Shown here piece after piece: positions 9,935-20,098 of a stretch of 64,000 nucleotides of DNA. The stretch is from Candidatus Latescibacterota bacterium. Lineage in GTDB: Bacteria; Latescibacterota; UBA2968; UBA8231. Location of the stretch: the NCBI GenBank assembly GCA_965215195.1, contig CBDCDC010000002.1:4768001-4832000 (forward strand). The letters are read 5' to 3'. Position numbers and translations under genes: made by a program. The notes beneath the pieces are model-generated. The model saw nothing but the letters and a program-made list of their open reading frames with translations, was not told the origin of the DNA and made no database searches. The stretch's first letter is position 1. Each line of letters opens with the position of its first letter.

Positions 9935-11596
9935 ATGCCAAGGGAAATGACTGTATTTTGGCTTTTACCACTCGTGCTTTTTACCGTGCTCATGGGGTGC
10001 ACAGTGGAAATGGGAGACCGGGTCGTTGCTCAGATAGGTGATGAGGGGATAACGGTTGGCCAGTTGCGGAAATTTATCGCTGGCCTCCCCGAAGATGCCA
10101 AGGCCGAGCACACTAGGGTAGAAGAAGCGAGGAATCATTTGAACACCATGATCAACATCGAACTACTGATCATGGAGGCGAAGGCGGCCGATCTCGACGA
10201 AAGCCCTGAATTTCTCGCCCGGCTGGCAAACGCCCGGCGAGAAAAGTTAATCAGCATTTTCCAAGATAGAGCGCTGGAAGTAGAGGAGGAAGTGGAGGAG
10301 AGCGAAGTGCGGGAATACGCTGAACGCATGGGGCTCACTAGAGCGGTCAGGTTGGCCGATATAATGCTCCCCAGCCGAGAAAATGCCTTGGCCGCCCTCC
10401 GCGAACTCAAAAATGGGGTGCCTTTTGGGCAAGTCGCCAAGAAATGGTCCATAAACAAAAAAACCGCGGCCCAAGGTGGGGACTTGGGCCGCTATACCAC
10501 CCGAGAAAACATGATCGCGCCCCTTCAGGACAAGCTGTTTTCCCTCGCCTTGGGCGAAATCACCGAGCCCATAAAAATCGGTGGGCGCTATTCGATTTTC
10601 ACGGCCATCGCCGATTCTACCATCGAACTCAGTCCCCAGAGGAAACTGGCGATCGAAATGGGACTAAAAAAGGAGAAAAAGCAGCGGGCGCAATCAATTT
10701 TAGTCGCTGAACTCAAGGAAAAATACCACCTCGAATTGGATCGGGAGGGCCTCGCGCTCATTGCCGAAAAAGTGCGTGGCGGTACATCTTTTGCCCCGGA
10801 GACTGAGCGCAATATAGTGCTCTATCGGTACGACGGCGGAGAAATAACTGCTCAAGACTTGACAGAAGCTGGTCGCGATGCCCTAGCCCAACTTAGCGAC
10901 TCCAGCCAAGTGATCGCTTTTGCCGAGCGCCATGTCGTACCCAATGCAATGCTCTTGGAAGCGGCCCTGCGCACTGGCATAGACGAGGAAGCAGAGACGG
11001 TTGAGTGGTTGGAAAATCAGGCAACGCAACTTTTGATAAGGGCCCTCAGGGCGCAAGTCCTAAGAGCTAAAGTGACCATCGCTGAAAACGAGTTGCGCCA
11101 GTTTTACGAGGTCCATGCGGCAAGGTATCTGCACCCCGAGCAAATCGAAGTACAGGAGATTTTGGTAGAGACGGAGGCCGAGGCCCTGAGGTTGATGGAG
11201 CAGATCCAAAAGGGGAGCCCATTAGGCGATTTGGCCAAGAAGTACTCTATCCGGTCGCTAGCGGATCGGGATGAAGAGGGCCGATTCCACTTCCACCTTT
11301 TTGAAAAGGCCTTTTTTGGTGGTTTTGTAGAAGTCGCCGAAAAAGCCGAGATAGGAGCACTCACCGGTCCGGCCAAGGTCAATGAAGGTTATTCTATATT
11401 TAAGGTGCTTTCTAGGGAACGCAAGCGGGAGACTTTTGCGGAGGCCGAGTGGAGAGTCCGCTCCCAACTTAAAAGAGAAAAAAACAGAAAGGCCTTCAAT
11501 CAATTTATCGAAGAAGTGCGGAATAAATACGCAGCGAAAGTGGTTATTCGGGAGGATAACCTCAACGCCGCTTTCGGGGGGAATGAGGGCCCATAG
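9935..11596 (+). CDS. Lipoprotein peptidyl-prolyl isomerase (PrsA/SurA-like, two parvulin domains)
   Basis: Lipobox LMGC; FGQVAKKWS...GGDLG and LGDLAKKYS parvulin motifs. Confidence 0.85.
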   Translation: MPREMTVFWLLPLVLFTVLMGCTVEMGDRVVAQIGDEGITVGQLRKFIAGLPEDAKAEHTRVEEARNHLNTMINIELLIMEAKAADLDESPEFLARLANARREKLISIFQDRALEVEEEVEESEVREYAERMGLTRAVRLADIMLPSRENALAALRELKNGVPFGQVAKKWSINKKTAAQGGDLGRYTTRENMIAPLQDKLFSLALGEITEPIKIGGRYSIFTAIADSTIELSPQRKLAIEMGLKKEKKQRAQSILVAELKEKYHLELDREGLALIAEKVRGGTSFAPETERNIVLYRYDGGEITAQDLTEAGRDALAQLSDSSQVIAFAERHVVPNAMLLEAALRTGIDEEAETVEWLENQATQLLIRALRAQVLRAKVTIAENELRQFYEVHAARYLHPEQIEVQEILVETEAEALRLMEQIQKGSPLGDLAKKYSIRSLADRDEEGRFHFHLFEKAFFGGFVEVAEKAEIGALTGPAKVNEGYSIFKVLSRERKRETFAEAEWRVRSQLKREKNRKAFNQFIEEVRNKYAAKVVIREDNLNAAFGGNEGP

Positions 11597-11599
11597 GTT

Positions 11600-13291
11600 C
11601 TATTCTGCGTAGATGTTGGTCCCCATCTCCACAAAGGCGTAGGGGCCGTTTTGGCGGACTACCAGCAGCTTATTGGCCGGTGCCGATGGCACTGCCTGAC
11701 GAATGCCGTCGGGCCAAGCGATCTCCACTTCATCTGCCCTTTCCGCCCCACCTAGACCGAAGAAAATACGCATATCATTGTAGGAGAGATAGCTGGAAGC
11801 GCCGTTAGCCGTGCGCCACTGGAGTCGGCCGCCGGCCAGCAAACGGATCTTCGCACCGACGGCGTCGCGATTGGGGCCACGGCCCAGAAGTTGGACTACG
11901 AGCCAGTTGTTGGCGGGGGCAAAATCGTTGCGCAACAGAGTTGCTGCCTCATCTAAATTGACGACGAAAATGTCCATATCGCCGTCGTTGTCGTAGTCGC
12001 CGAAACTGGCACCGCGGCTGACTCGTTTAAGGTCCATTCCCGGGCCAGCCGCAGCCCCTATATCGATTAGACGGTCGCAACCTTCGTTGCGGATCAACTG
12101 GTTGCGCTGGGGATAGAAAGTGCTCGCAATAGTGCTAGCCACCTGCGGATAAACATGGCCGTTAGCGACGAATAGATCCAAGTCGCCGTCCCTGTCATAG
12201 TCGAAGAATTGGGTGCCCCACCCCAGCATCCCAAGCGTGGGTTCTTCTAGACCGATCTGGGCCGTTATATCTTTGAAATGGCCCTGCCCGTCGTTGCGGT
12301 AGAAGGTATTACTCTCGCGAAAAAAATGGGTTATATAGAGGTCGAGGTCACCGTCGGCGTCATAGTCCCCACCGCTGACCCCCATACCCGCCTCTTCTTC
12401 GCCGTATTCGTTATACGCGATGCCTGCTTTGAGGCCAATTTCGCTAAAGGTGCCATCGCGATTGTTGTCGAAGAGCACATTGGGGGTTGCGTCATTGGCC
12501 ACGAAGAGATCGGTGTCGCCATCGTTGTCGAAGTCTTCGGGCAGTACACCCAACCCATAATAGCGGTTGGCCCAAGAGATACCCGAGGGACGAGTGACGT
12601 CGGTGAAGGTATTGTCTCCGTTGTTGCGGTATAACAGGTCGGCAGCTCCAGGTAGGCCCTGGGGACCGCAGAAGATGTCGATTCCCTCGTAGGTGCAGAC
12701 CTTAGCCGGAGGGGAGTCAAAATCGTAGACGAGATAGTTGGCGACGTATAGGTCGAGATCGCCATCGCCATCGTAATCAAAAAAAGCGGCGCTGGAGCTA
12801 TAATCGTTCCCTGCTACCCCAGCGGAAATATCCACAAAGGTTCCGTTACCGCGGTTGCGGTAGAGGATATTGGGACCATAATTGGTCACGTAAAGATCGC
12901 GGTACCCATCGCCATCAATGTCGCCCACGGTGCAGCCCATGCCCCAACTGCGATCCCCGACGCCGGCTGGCAAGGCCACATTAGCAAAGGTGCCGTTACC
13001 TCGGTTGCGGTAGAGGACATTGCCCGGGCCGGATTTTTGGCGGTAGGTATTGACCGTAGCGCCGTTGACCGCGTATAGGTCGAGATCGCCATCGTTATCG
13101 TAGTCAAAAAAAGCAGCGCCGCCGCCGGAGGTTTCGACAATGTGCTTTTTCTCAGGTCCGCCAGCCACGTATTGGAAGGCGATGTGCGCCGCCGCCGTCT
13201 GGTCGGTGAATTGGGGTAGGACCGATTTCGGCAGCAGCACGGCCAGCACCAAGGCACAGGCAAGGGTCCGGTGCTGATAAAAAAAATCCAT
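11600..13291 (-). CDS. CRTAC1-family protein (FG-GAP/VCBS repeats + ASPIC/UnbV)
   Basis: Repeated DYDNDGDLDLY motifs; C-terminal NRDAVGA...SYLSYN...FFGLG; likely start ATG 13291 (ORF open to 13414). Confidence 0.9.
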   Translation of the reverse strand: MDFFYQHRTLACALVLAVLLPKSVLPQFTDQTAAAHIAFQYVAGGPEKKHIVETSGGGAAFFDYDNDGDLDLYAVNGATVNTYRQKSGPGNVLYRNRGNGTFANVALPAGVGDRSWGMGCTVGDIDGDGYRDLYVTNYGPNILYRNRGNGTFVDISAGVAGNDYSSSAAFFDYDGDGDLDLYVANYLVYDFDSPPAKVCTYEGIDIFCGPQGLPGAADLLYRNNGDNTFTDVTRPSGISWANRYYGLGVLPEDFDNDGDTDLFVANDATPNVLFDNNRDGTFSEIGLKAGIAYNEYGEEEAGMGVSGGDYDADGDLDLYITHFFRESNTFYRNDGQGHFKDITAQIGLEEPTLGMLGWGTQFFDYDRDGDLDLFVANGHVYPQVASTIASTFYPQRNQLIRNEGCDRLIDIGAAAGPGMDLKRVSRGASFGDYDNDGDMDIFVVNLDEAATLLRNDFAPANNWLVVQLLGRGPNRDAVGAKIRLLAGGRLQWRTANGASSYLSYNDMRIFFGLGGAERADEVEIAWPDGIRQAVPSAPANKLLVVRQNGPYAFVEMGTNIYAE

Positions 13292-13435
13292 ACACTCATC
13301 GCTGTAGAGGTGAACTAAGTAGATAATGGCCGCAATTATAGAAATTACCCTTTGCTGCGGCAAGGCCGGGGATCTTTGCGGCTTTTTTGCTAAAAAGTCA
13401 TATACGCTCGCCATTCATGGGTCCAGAGGTGCGGA

Positions 13436-14230
13436 ATGAGGCAGATTCTTGCCGCCCTAATGATGGGCATCACGTGCGCGGCCACAGGGCGATCTGAGAA
13501 CACTGTTGTGGAACTTCGCGCCGGAGCTGCGATGGAATTTGTGTGGATCGAGCGAGGTACTTTTCTGATGGGATCGCCGGCCTCAGCCTCCACACGCGGT
13601 GAAGACGAAGGCCCACAGCACGAGGTCTCGATAAGCAAGGGATTCTACTTGGGTAAATTTGAGATTACCCAGGCCCAATGGGTCGCGGTGATGGGGACAG
13701 CGCCGTGGACCCGGCGCAAGTACGTCCAAGCTGAACCGAATCACCCGGCCGTCTACATCTCGTGGATCGATATGCAGGAATTTCTCCGCCGCTTGAACGA
13801 AGCCGCCGACGGGAATTTGTACCGCCTGCCCACCGAAGCCGAGTGGGAATACGCCTGCCGGGCAGGGACCACGACGAGCCGTTCCTTCGCGGACGACGAA
13901 AGCCAGTTGGGCGAGTATGCGTGGTACATAGGGAACGTGGGTGAAGCGGGGGGGAAATTTGCCCAGCCGGTGGGTTCAAAGCAGCCGAATCCGTGGGGTC
14001 TGTACGATATGCACGGCAATGTATGGGAGTGGGTGCAAGATTGGTACAGCAACGCCTATTCAAGTGCCAAACAGATAGATCCTACAGGTGCTGCTTCGGG
14101 CTCTACCCGCGTTATGCGCGGAGGCGGCTTTGTCAACTACGCCCGCAACGTGCGATCAGCCAAACGCTTCAGCTTTGATCCGTCGCTCCGCTACTGTGCT
14201 ATTGGAGCACGCCTAGTAATGACAAAATGA
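13436..14230 (+). CDS. FGE-sulfatase (SUMF1)-fold protein
   Basis: FLMGS, RLPTEAEWEYACRAG, NPWGLYDMHGNVWEW, RGGGF; lacks the FGE catalytic Cys pair. Confidence 0.9.
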   Translation: MRQILAALMMGITCAATGRSENTVVELRAGAAMEFVWIERGTFLMGSPASASTRGEDEGPQHEVSISKGFYLGKFEITQAQWVAVMGTAPWTRRKYVQAEPNHPAVYISWIDMQEFLRRLNEAADGNLYRLPTEAEWEYACRAGTTTSRSFADDESQLGEYAWYIGNVGEAGGKFAQPVGSKQPNPWGLYDMHGNVWEWVQDWYSNAYSSAKQIDPTGAASGSTRVMRGGGFVNYARNVRSAKRFSFDPSLRYCAIGARLVMTK

Positions 14231-14305
14231 ACGGCCTCTCTTTGTCATTCAAACGGCTTATCCATTAGTTAAAATACGACATATAATAGCCCATAGAGAT
14301 GAACA

Positions 14306-16294
14306 TTGAAAAAGAGAGTTCCGCTCCAATACCGCACCTGGCTAAAAAGACGCCAGCCGACCTACGGGGACGTTAAGGGTATCTCGGCTCGCGCCATCTT
14401 ATTGGGGGCGGTCCTCGCCTTTCTGCTAAATCTCCTCGACGCCTATGCTACGACCCTCATCCGAGGTTCGTATCTAACCCTGAACTTCAGCACCCCGGCG
14501 GCCCTGTTCTTCTTCTTTTTTCTCGTGCTTGCCAGTGCCTTGGTCGCTTGTCTCCGCCGTCCCCTAGCTTTGGACCAAGCCGAGTTGGTAACCATCTATA
14601 TCATGCTAGCGGTGGCCTGCTGTGTTCCCGGTATGGGTTTCACCCAATTTATCATACCCTGCTTACTGGGCTCCACCTACTATGCTACGCCCGAGAACAA
14701 CTGGGACTTTCTCTACAACCAGTACATCCCTAGCTGGATGATTCCCCGCGGCGAAAACGCGGCGCGTTTTTTCTTTGAAGGTCTGCCCGAGGGCGAGGCC
14801 ATCCCTTGGGGCATCTGGGTCGTACCGCTGAGTTTCTGGTATGGGTTTTTTTTAGTGCTCAGCTTCGCCATGATCTGCACCATGGTCATCGTACGTCAGC
14901 AGTGGATGGACCGGGAAAAGCTAGTCTATCCACTGGTTCAAGTGCCCATGGAGATGATCGGCCGCGAAAAGGAAGAAACGATCGGCCGGTCGTTTTTCAC
15001 CAACAAAGTCATGTGGGTCGGTTTTGCCGTATCATTCATTTTGCTCAGTGTCAACGGCCTGCACTCCTACTTTCCGAACTTTCCGCAGCTCACTAAAACC
15101 TTCACCTTGCCCTTGTTCCGCGATACGGTCGGCCTGAGTTTCTGGTTTAGTCCGCCTTGGACCGGTTTTTTCTATTTCGTCAACCTCGACATCACGGCTT
15201 CAATCTGGATATTCTACATCCTCACCACTGTCCAGCGGGGCATCTTCAACATCGTCGGCTTGCAGAGCACGCAGCGGATCGATTTCTACTCTATCGAACC
15301 TTTCCTCGCCCATCAGGGTATGGGCTCTATGATAGTCTTTGTGCTGGTGGGGTTGTGGGTGGGACGCGGCCATTTACAAAATGTATACCGCAAAGCCTTC
15401 CATGGCGCCGAAGAGGTCGACGACAGCGGCGAGATGCTATCCTACCGGCAGGCCCTTTTCGGCCTGCTAGCGGCGCTCGCCCTAGTGGTGGTCGGCCTAT
15501 GTATGATGGGACTAACTTTTCCCACGGCACTATTATTCATCTTTGGTGCCATGATGCTGTTTATAGGGCTAACTCGGGTAGTGGCTGAAGGAGGGATTCC
15601 GGCCATGCGACCCCCTATCATGACTTCGAGCTTTGTCATTTCGGGGGCCGGCGCCTCGGCCTTGGGTGCTTCGGGTCTGGTGGCCCTAGGCTTTTCCTAC
15701 GGCTGGCATTCCGAAGTGCGCTCCTTTGTCATGGCGTCTGTAGCCAACGGGCTGAAGATGGGGGAGATTATCACCGGTTCCAAGCGCCGACTATTCTGGG
15801 CCGTGGTCATTGCCATTGTGGTCAGTCTGGTCGGCTCGTCGTATATGACCTTAGTGCTGGCCTACAAATACGGGGGCATCAATCTCAATCCGCTCTTTTT
15901 CGTGGGGCAGGCCCCCACCTTCGGTCCTCGGGATATGGCGCCGCGCATCGCCGCAGACCTGCCCGGCCCCAGGCTGGACGCTTGGCTGTTCATGGGCATT
16001 GGTGGGGGGGTGATGGCCCTACTGATGTGGGCGCGGCACCAGTTCGTCTGGTGGCCACTCAATCCCCTCGGCTATACCATCAGCGCCAACTGGAAGACGG
16101 GACATATCTTTGGCAGCGCCTTTCTCGCTTGGTTCCTCAAACTGTTAATTCTGCGCTACGGCGGTCCCAAGCTGTACCGGAATTTGCGGCCGTTTTTTCT
16201 CGGCCTGATCTTGGGCGAGATCGTGGCGGCGGGCGGATGGCTGGTGCTGGATTATATAACCGGACACATGGGGAGCTTTCTCACTCAGGTCTAA
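14306..16294 (+). CDS. Polytopic inner-membrane protein (DUF6785-like putative transporter)
   Basis: Many hydrophobic helices; QWMDREKLVYPLVQVP, RVVAEGG, WWPLNPLGY and RPFFLGLILGE motifs. Confidence 0.7.
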   Translation: MKKRVPLQYRTWLKRRQPTYGDVKGISARAILLGAVLAFLLNLLDAYATTLIRGSYLTLNFSTPAALFFFFFLVLASALVACLRRPLALDQAELVTIYIMLAVACCVPGMGFTQFIIPCLLGSTYYATPENNWDFLYNQYIPSWMIPRGENAARFFFEGLPEGEAIPWGIWVVPLSFWYGFFLVLSFAMICTMVIVRQQWMDREKLVYPLVQVPMEMIGREKEETIGRSFFTNKVMWVGFAVSFILLSVNGLHSYFPNFPQLTKTFTLPLFRDTVGLSFWFSPPWTGFFYFVNLDITASIWIFYILTTVQRGIFNIVGLQSTQRIDFYSIEPFLAHQGMGSMIVFVLVGLWVGRGHLQNVYRKAFHGAEEVDDSGEMLSYRQALFGLLAALALVVVGLCMMGLTFPTALLFIFGAMMLFIGLTRVVAEGGIPAMRPPIMTSSFVISGAGASALGASGLVALGFSYGWHSEVRSFVMASVANGLKMGEIITGSKRRLFWAVVIAIVVSLVGSSYMTLVLAYKYGGINLNPLFFVGQAPTFGPRDMAPRIAADLPGPRLDAWLFMGIGGGVMALLMWARHQFVWWPLNPLGYTISANWKTGHIFGSAFLAWFLKLLILRYGGPKLYRNLRPFFLGLILGEIVAAGGWLVLDYITGHMGSFLTQV

Positions 16295-16319
16295 GACTCC
16301 CCTGCCCGTCTTGCGGGGC

Positions 16320-17603
16320 CTATTGACCGCGCAGGTACTCGTCTGGTTTGGCCGCATTGGGCGGCCAGTACCCGTCCCGCGATTGACGCCATTGCACACC
16401 GCACAAACCGCTGATCACGCTCCACTCGGACGGACTGGGATCCGGGTCTGGGTGAAAGAGAAAGCGCTGGGCACCGGCGGCCTGCGAGGCTTTGAGAATG
16501 CCGGCCAAGTCGCGAGCCGGCATGGCGTCTCCGGCGTGCGGGGCGCGGCCAGTGGATACCCAGAAGATGGTTTTGTCGACGTCTTTGATGGCCTCTAGCG
16601 CCCGCCGCGTTTCCCTGTACACGACTTCGGCGAAGAACTCGTCGGAGAAACCCAACTCCATGTCCAACAGGGACTCGACATTGGGCAGGCGCAGGCCGAA
16701 TAGCGATTCGACCAGCAGGAAGCAGTCGGCCTCAGTCAGGGAAGGATTCCACTCGGCGAACTTTTGCACCCAGCGGGCAATTGTGCCGTACATCCCGTCG
16801 AAGCCGCGATGCCAGTAGTAGTGCTTGGGGAAAATATAGTCGAAGTACGGCGGCATCTGCTGGTAATCTTGGCCGGTCAGAGAAGAAAAAGTGGTGATGC
16901 GCGGAATGCCGCCCAACTCGACGTAGCGGTTCACCCCGTCCAAGTCGGCGCGGGCCCGTTCCCAAGAACGCCGCGACCTTTCCCGCCGGGCCCGCAGCCA
17001 GTACAGGGCGTCTTCGTTAATATCAAAGAGATTCAGACCAGCCAAGGTCCCGCCCGGGGCCCAGTAGCGCACGAGATCCGGGGTGAGGTTGTGGAAACGC
17101 TGGTGCAGATGGGCAATGCCGCGCTCCAGCCGGTCGATGGCAAAGCCCAAGTTGGCGAACTCGCGGCGCTCGCCATCGCGCAATTCAAAGAGTTCGCCGC
17201 CGTGGTGCCAAGCTAGTTCGTAGTGGTTCTCGCCGGGCCCGTCAATGATCACTCCGTCGACCTCGGGATAGCGGTTTATCAAGCTCTGCACATGGGCGGT
17301 GGTGCCGCTGTCGAATACCATGATATGCCAACCGCGCCCGGCCGCGTCATCCAACATAGCGCTTAGTCCCCGCTCCTTTTCCAGATTGCGCGGCTGCTGC
17401 TCGGGCACTTTTAGGCCCAAGTCGGCGTAGGCTTTAGGATCTTGTGGAAAGGCGGGAATACGGCTGCCGTCGTCCTCCACGAAAAACATGCGCCCTACCA
17501 CAATGCCGCGCACTCCGCCCTCTTCCCAAGCGTCGAAGATATGCTTGTAGTTGGCCATGTAGCGTTCGAGCGGATTGAAAACGAAAATCCAGCATTGCAT
17601 CAT
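16320..17603 (-). CDS. Hypothetical protein, possible TIM-barrel/glycoside hydrolase-like
   Basis: Long ORF; AGGAGA RBS before ATG 17603; DGVIIDGPGE motif; function unclear. Confidence 0.55.
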   Translation of the reverse strand: MMQCWIFVFNPLERYMANYKHIFDAWEEGGVRGIVVGRMFFVEDDGSRIPAFPQDPKAYADLGLKVPEQQPRNLEKERGLSAMLDDAAGRGWHIMVFDSGTTAHVQSLINRYPEVDGVIIDGPGENHYELAWHHGGELFELRDGERREFANLGFAIDRLERGIAHLHQRFHNLTPDLVRYWAPGGTLAGLNLFDINEDALYWLRARRERSRRSWERARADLDGVNRYVELGGIPRITTFSSLTGQDYQQMPPYFDYIFPKHYYWHRGFDGMYGTIARWVQKFAEWNPSLTEADCFLLVESLFGLRLPNVESLLDMELGFSDEFFAEVVYRETRRALEAIKDVDKTIFWVSTGRAPHAGDAMPARDLAGILKASQAAGAQRFLFHPDPDPSPSEWSVISGLCGVQWRQSRDGYWPPNAAKPDEYLRGQ

Positions 17604-17662
17604 CCAATCTCCTATGTTTATGACTTCTTCAAGCCCAGATGGGAAAAAAGCGGCGTTGGTGA

Positions 17663-18718
17663 TTAAGCGGGCAGCACCTCGCGCAAGACCCGCAGATAAT
17701 TCCCGCCGCAGATTTTGCTCGCGTCCTCCTCGGTGAATCCCGCACTTAGCAAGCCCTCTACCACCCAAGGCAATACCGCACTGTTGAAGTGGGTGCCGAT
17801 CCCTACGCCTTCTACACCCATCACATCAGCGGCGTAGCGCACCTGTACCAAGGTCTGCTCCAACTGCTCTGGCGCGACCGCCCGATAGGGCGCGTCCCCC
17901 GGTGGCCGGGTGATCGGCGGCGGGATCCCCAACACACCTCCGCGCTCGGCCAACGCCCGCATAACCTCGTCGGGTGCCGACCTGAGACCGCCAACCAATG
18001 CCCGCGGATTCGAGTGCGAGTCAACCACCGGCTTTGTCGATACTTCGATGATATCGAGGGCACAGGGGTCATTGCTGTGGGCCAAGTCGATAAGGATTCC
18101 GGTCGCGTTCATCTCCGCAATCATCCGCACCCCCAACTCGGTCATCCGCCCGCCCGAACGGGTCTCATTGGAAGCATCCCAACCCAACTCGCGGGTCGCT
18201 TGGCCCAAGGTGATCATCCGCAGCCCGAGGCGGGCAAACATCCGCAGGATGCCAGGGCTATCGCCGAACCAGTCGCTGCGATTGGCACCCATCAATACCG
18301 CGACCTTGCCCGCCGCCCGCGCAGCATCCAAGTCTCGGGCCGTCCGCACCAGCAGCACCTGCTCGGGATAGGCTTCGACGTTTAGCAAAAAACGGTCGAG
18401 CACCCCCAGCACCAGTTGGGTCGAATTCTTGATCGCCAGACTCAGGAACATATCCTCGCCGCCGCGGCCCGGACGCCATTCCGACTCTTGGCGCCACAGC
18501 GGTTTGTAGTTGTCGTCGTAATAGGCCGCTCCCCCCTTGCACATCACCACCCCCACCCCCCATTCGGCAAACTTGGGAAAGTCGCCGCGACAAGTACTCG
18601 CATCTTTTTTGCCCAAGTCAATATCGTCAATCGCGAAACGAGGATGGGTTAGGTTTAACCCCAGCATATCGCATACTGGATGCGGCCAAATGCGGCCAGA
18701 GGACAATCTCATTGTCAT
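17663..18718 (-). CDS. Membrane dipeptidase (M19)-like amidohydrolase with divergent active site
   Basis: GRMTELGVRMIAEMN..GILIDLAH, DSHSN, ICGGNYLRVL. Confidence 0.75.
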   Translation of the reverse strand: MTMRLSSGRIWPHPVCDMLGLNLTHPRFAIDDIDLGKKDASTCRGDFPKFAEWGVGVVMCKGGAAYYDDNYKPLWRQESEWRPGRGGEDMFLSLAIKNSTQLVLGVLDRFLLNVEAYPEQVLLVRTARDLDAARAAGKVAVLMGANRSDWFGDSPGILRMFARLGLRMITLGQATRELGWDASNETRSGGRMTELGVRMIAEMNATGILIDLAHSNDPCALDIIEVSTKPVVDSHSNPRALVGGLRSAPDEVMRALAERGGVLGIPPPITRPPGDAPYRAVAPEQLEQTLVQVRYAADVMGVEGVGIGTHFNSAVLPWVVEGLLSAGFTEEDASKICGGNYLRVLREVLPA

Positions 18719-18769
18719 CTTATTCTCCGAGAGGTTGCCGGCGTTACTAGGGCCCAGCTCGCCGGTCGT

Positions 18770-20002
18770 CTACCGCCAATACGCCTGCTCCACTTTCGCA
18801 AACGCCTCCGCAATATCCGCCACCTCCTGCTCGGCAAAATTCTCGTGAATCGACAGGATGAAGTGGCTTTCAACCGCGGCGACGGCGTTGGGACAGGCGA
18901 ACTGTGCATTGCGGTCTCCCCCATACGCCGACAATCCCCACGGATAGTCGCTGCCCGGAAAGACCTGCCGCTCCCTAAACCAGATCATCTCGGAGGGGAT
19001 ATAGCGATACGTGGCCGTCACCGGAATGCCCTCGGCAGCTACTGCCCGGGCAAAGCCGTCTTTTTCTACCCGCAGCTTGGCAGCATCTACGTGGAAGCGC
19101 ATAAACCAGTACACTCCCTCGGACTCGGCCACCTGCCATCCCAACCGCACCGCCTTGCGCTCGGCAATGCTTTCGGCGATCTGCGCCGCTACCTGACGTC
19201 GCTTGGCGATCATCGGAGCGAGCTTTCTTAGCTGCACCCGCCCAATGGCGGCCGACAGATCGTTGCCGTTGAGGTTGAGCCCGGCGCGCAGGTTGGAGGT
19301 CGCGTCCGTATTAAAAGGCTTGCCCCGGTCGGCAAAGCGCTTGGCCTCCCAGCAGAGTTCTTGGTCGCGGGTAAAGACCACCCCGCCCTGCGGACCCGTG
19401 GCGTGGTGCTTGCCGCTCATGGTCGAAAAGGCCGCCACCGTGCCCAACGATCCCACCAGCCGCCCCTTGTAGCGCGCCCCGTGGGCCTGGGCGCAATCCT
19501 CGATGACCGGGACGCCGCGCTCCTCGGCTAGCGCCAAAATCGGCGTCATATCCGCTGGTTCGCCGGCAATGTGGGCCACGACAATGGCGCGGGTGTGGGG
19601 CGTCAGCACGGCCGCGATTTGCTCCGCACCAGCATTGAATGACCCCGGCGCAGCGTCGGCGACCACCGGCACTTGGCACAACAGGGCCGCGGGCATCGCC
19701 CCACCCGGATCCGTAATCGGCGGGATCACCACCTCGCCAGCCGCTTCTAGCTTTAATGCCCCCAATGCCGCGTAGAGTGCCGCGCTACCCGAATTGACCA
19801 AATCGGCGTAGCCACCTCCCATGAACGCGGCGAACTCCCGCTCATAAGCCAATTCCTCTGGGCCGCTGTAGCCAATCGCATCGCCGCTCTCCATCGCGGC
19901 AGAGAACAGCCGCAGCGCGGCCTGGCGCTCCTCAGCCCCAAAGAGATGCCGTTGGGGAAATGGCGTCTCGCGGACCTTTGGCCCTCCGTCTATTGCCAAC
20001 AT
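18770..20002 (-). CDS. DegT/DnrJ/EryC1/StrS PLP-dependent aminotransferase
   Basis: LAIDGGP, VIEDCAQAHGA, AFSTMSGKH (PLP Lys). Confidence 0.9.
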   Translation of the reverse strand: MLAIDGGPKVRETPFPQRHLFGAEERQAALRLFSAAMESGDAIGYSGPEELAYEREFAAFMGGGYADLVNSGSAALYAALGALKLEAAGEVVIPPITDPGGAMPAALLCQVPVVADAAPGSFNAGAEQIAAVLTPHTRAIVVAHIAGEPADMTPILALAEERGVPVIEDCAQAHGARYKGRLVGSLGTVAAFSTMSGKHHATGPQGGVVFTRDQELCWEAKRFADRGKPFNTDATSNLRAGLNLNGNDLSAAIGRVQLRKLAPMIAKRRQVAAQIAESIAERKAVRLGWQVAESEGVYWFMRFHVDAAKLRVEKDGFARAVAAEGIPVTATYRYIPSEMIWFRERQVFPGSDYPWGLSAYGGDRNAQFACPNAVAAVESHFILSIHENFAEQEVADIAEAFAKVEQAYWR

Positions 20003-20098
20003 TATAACCTTTCTTCTTCAACGCTATGCCACCGGCGCTAGCCAGAGGCATACAGGTAATTTAGGAACTGACGTTACGCAGCTTTGATCGTTTGCCGT

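Noticed and set aside
13436-14230. True formylglycine-generating enzyme for the sulfatase at 46998
   Set aside because: The catalytic Cys pair after RGG is absent (RGGGFVNYARNVRS), so only the fold is shared
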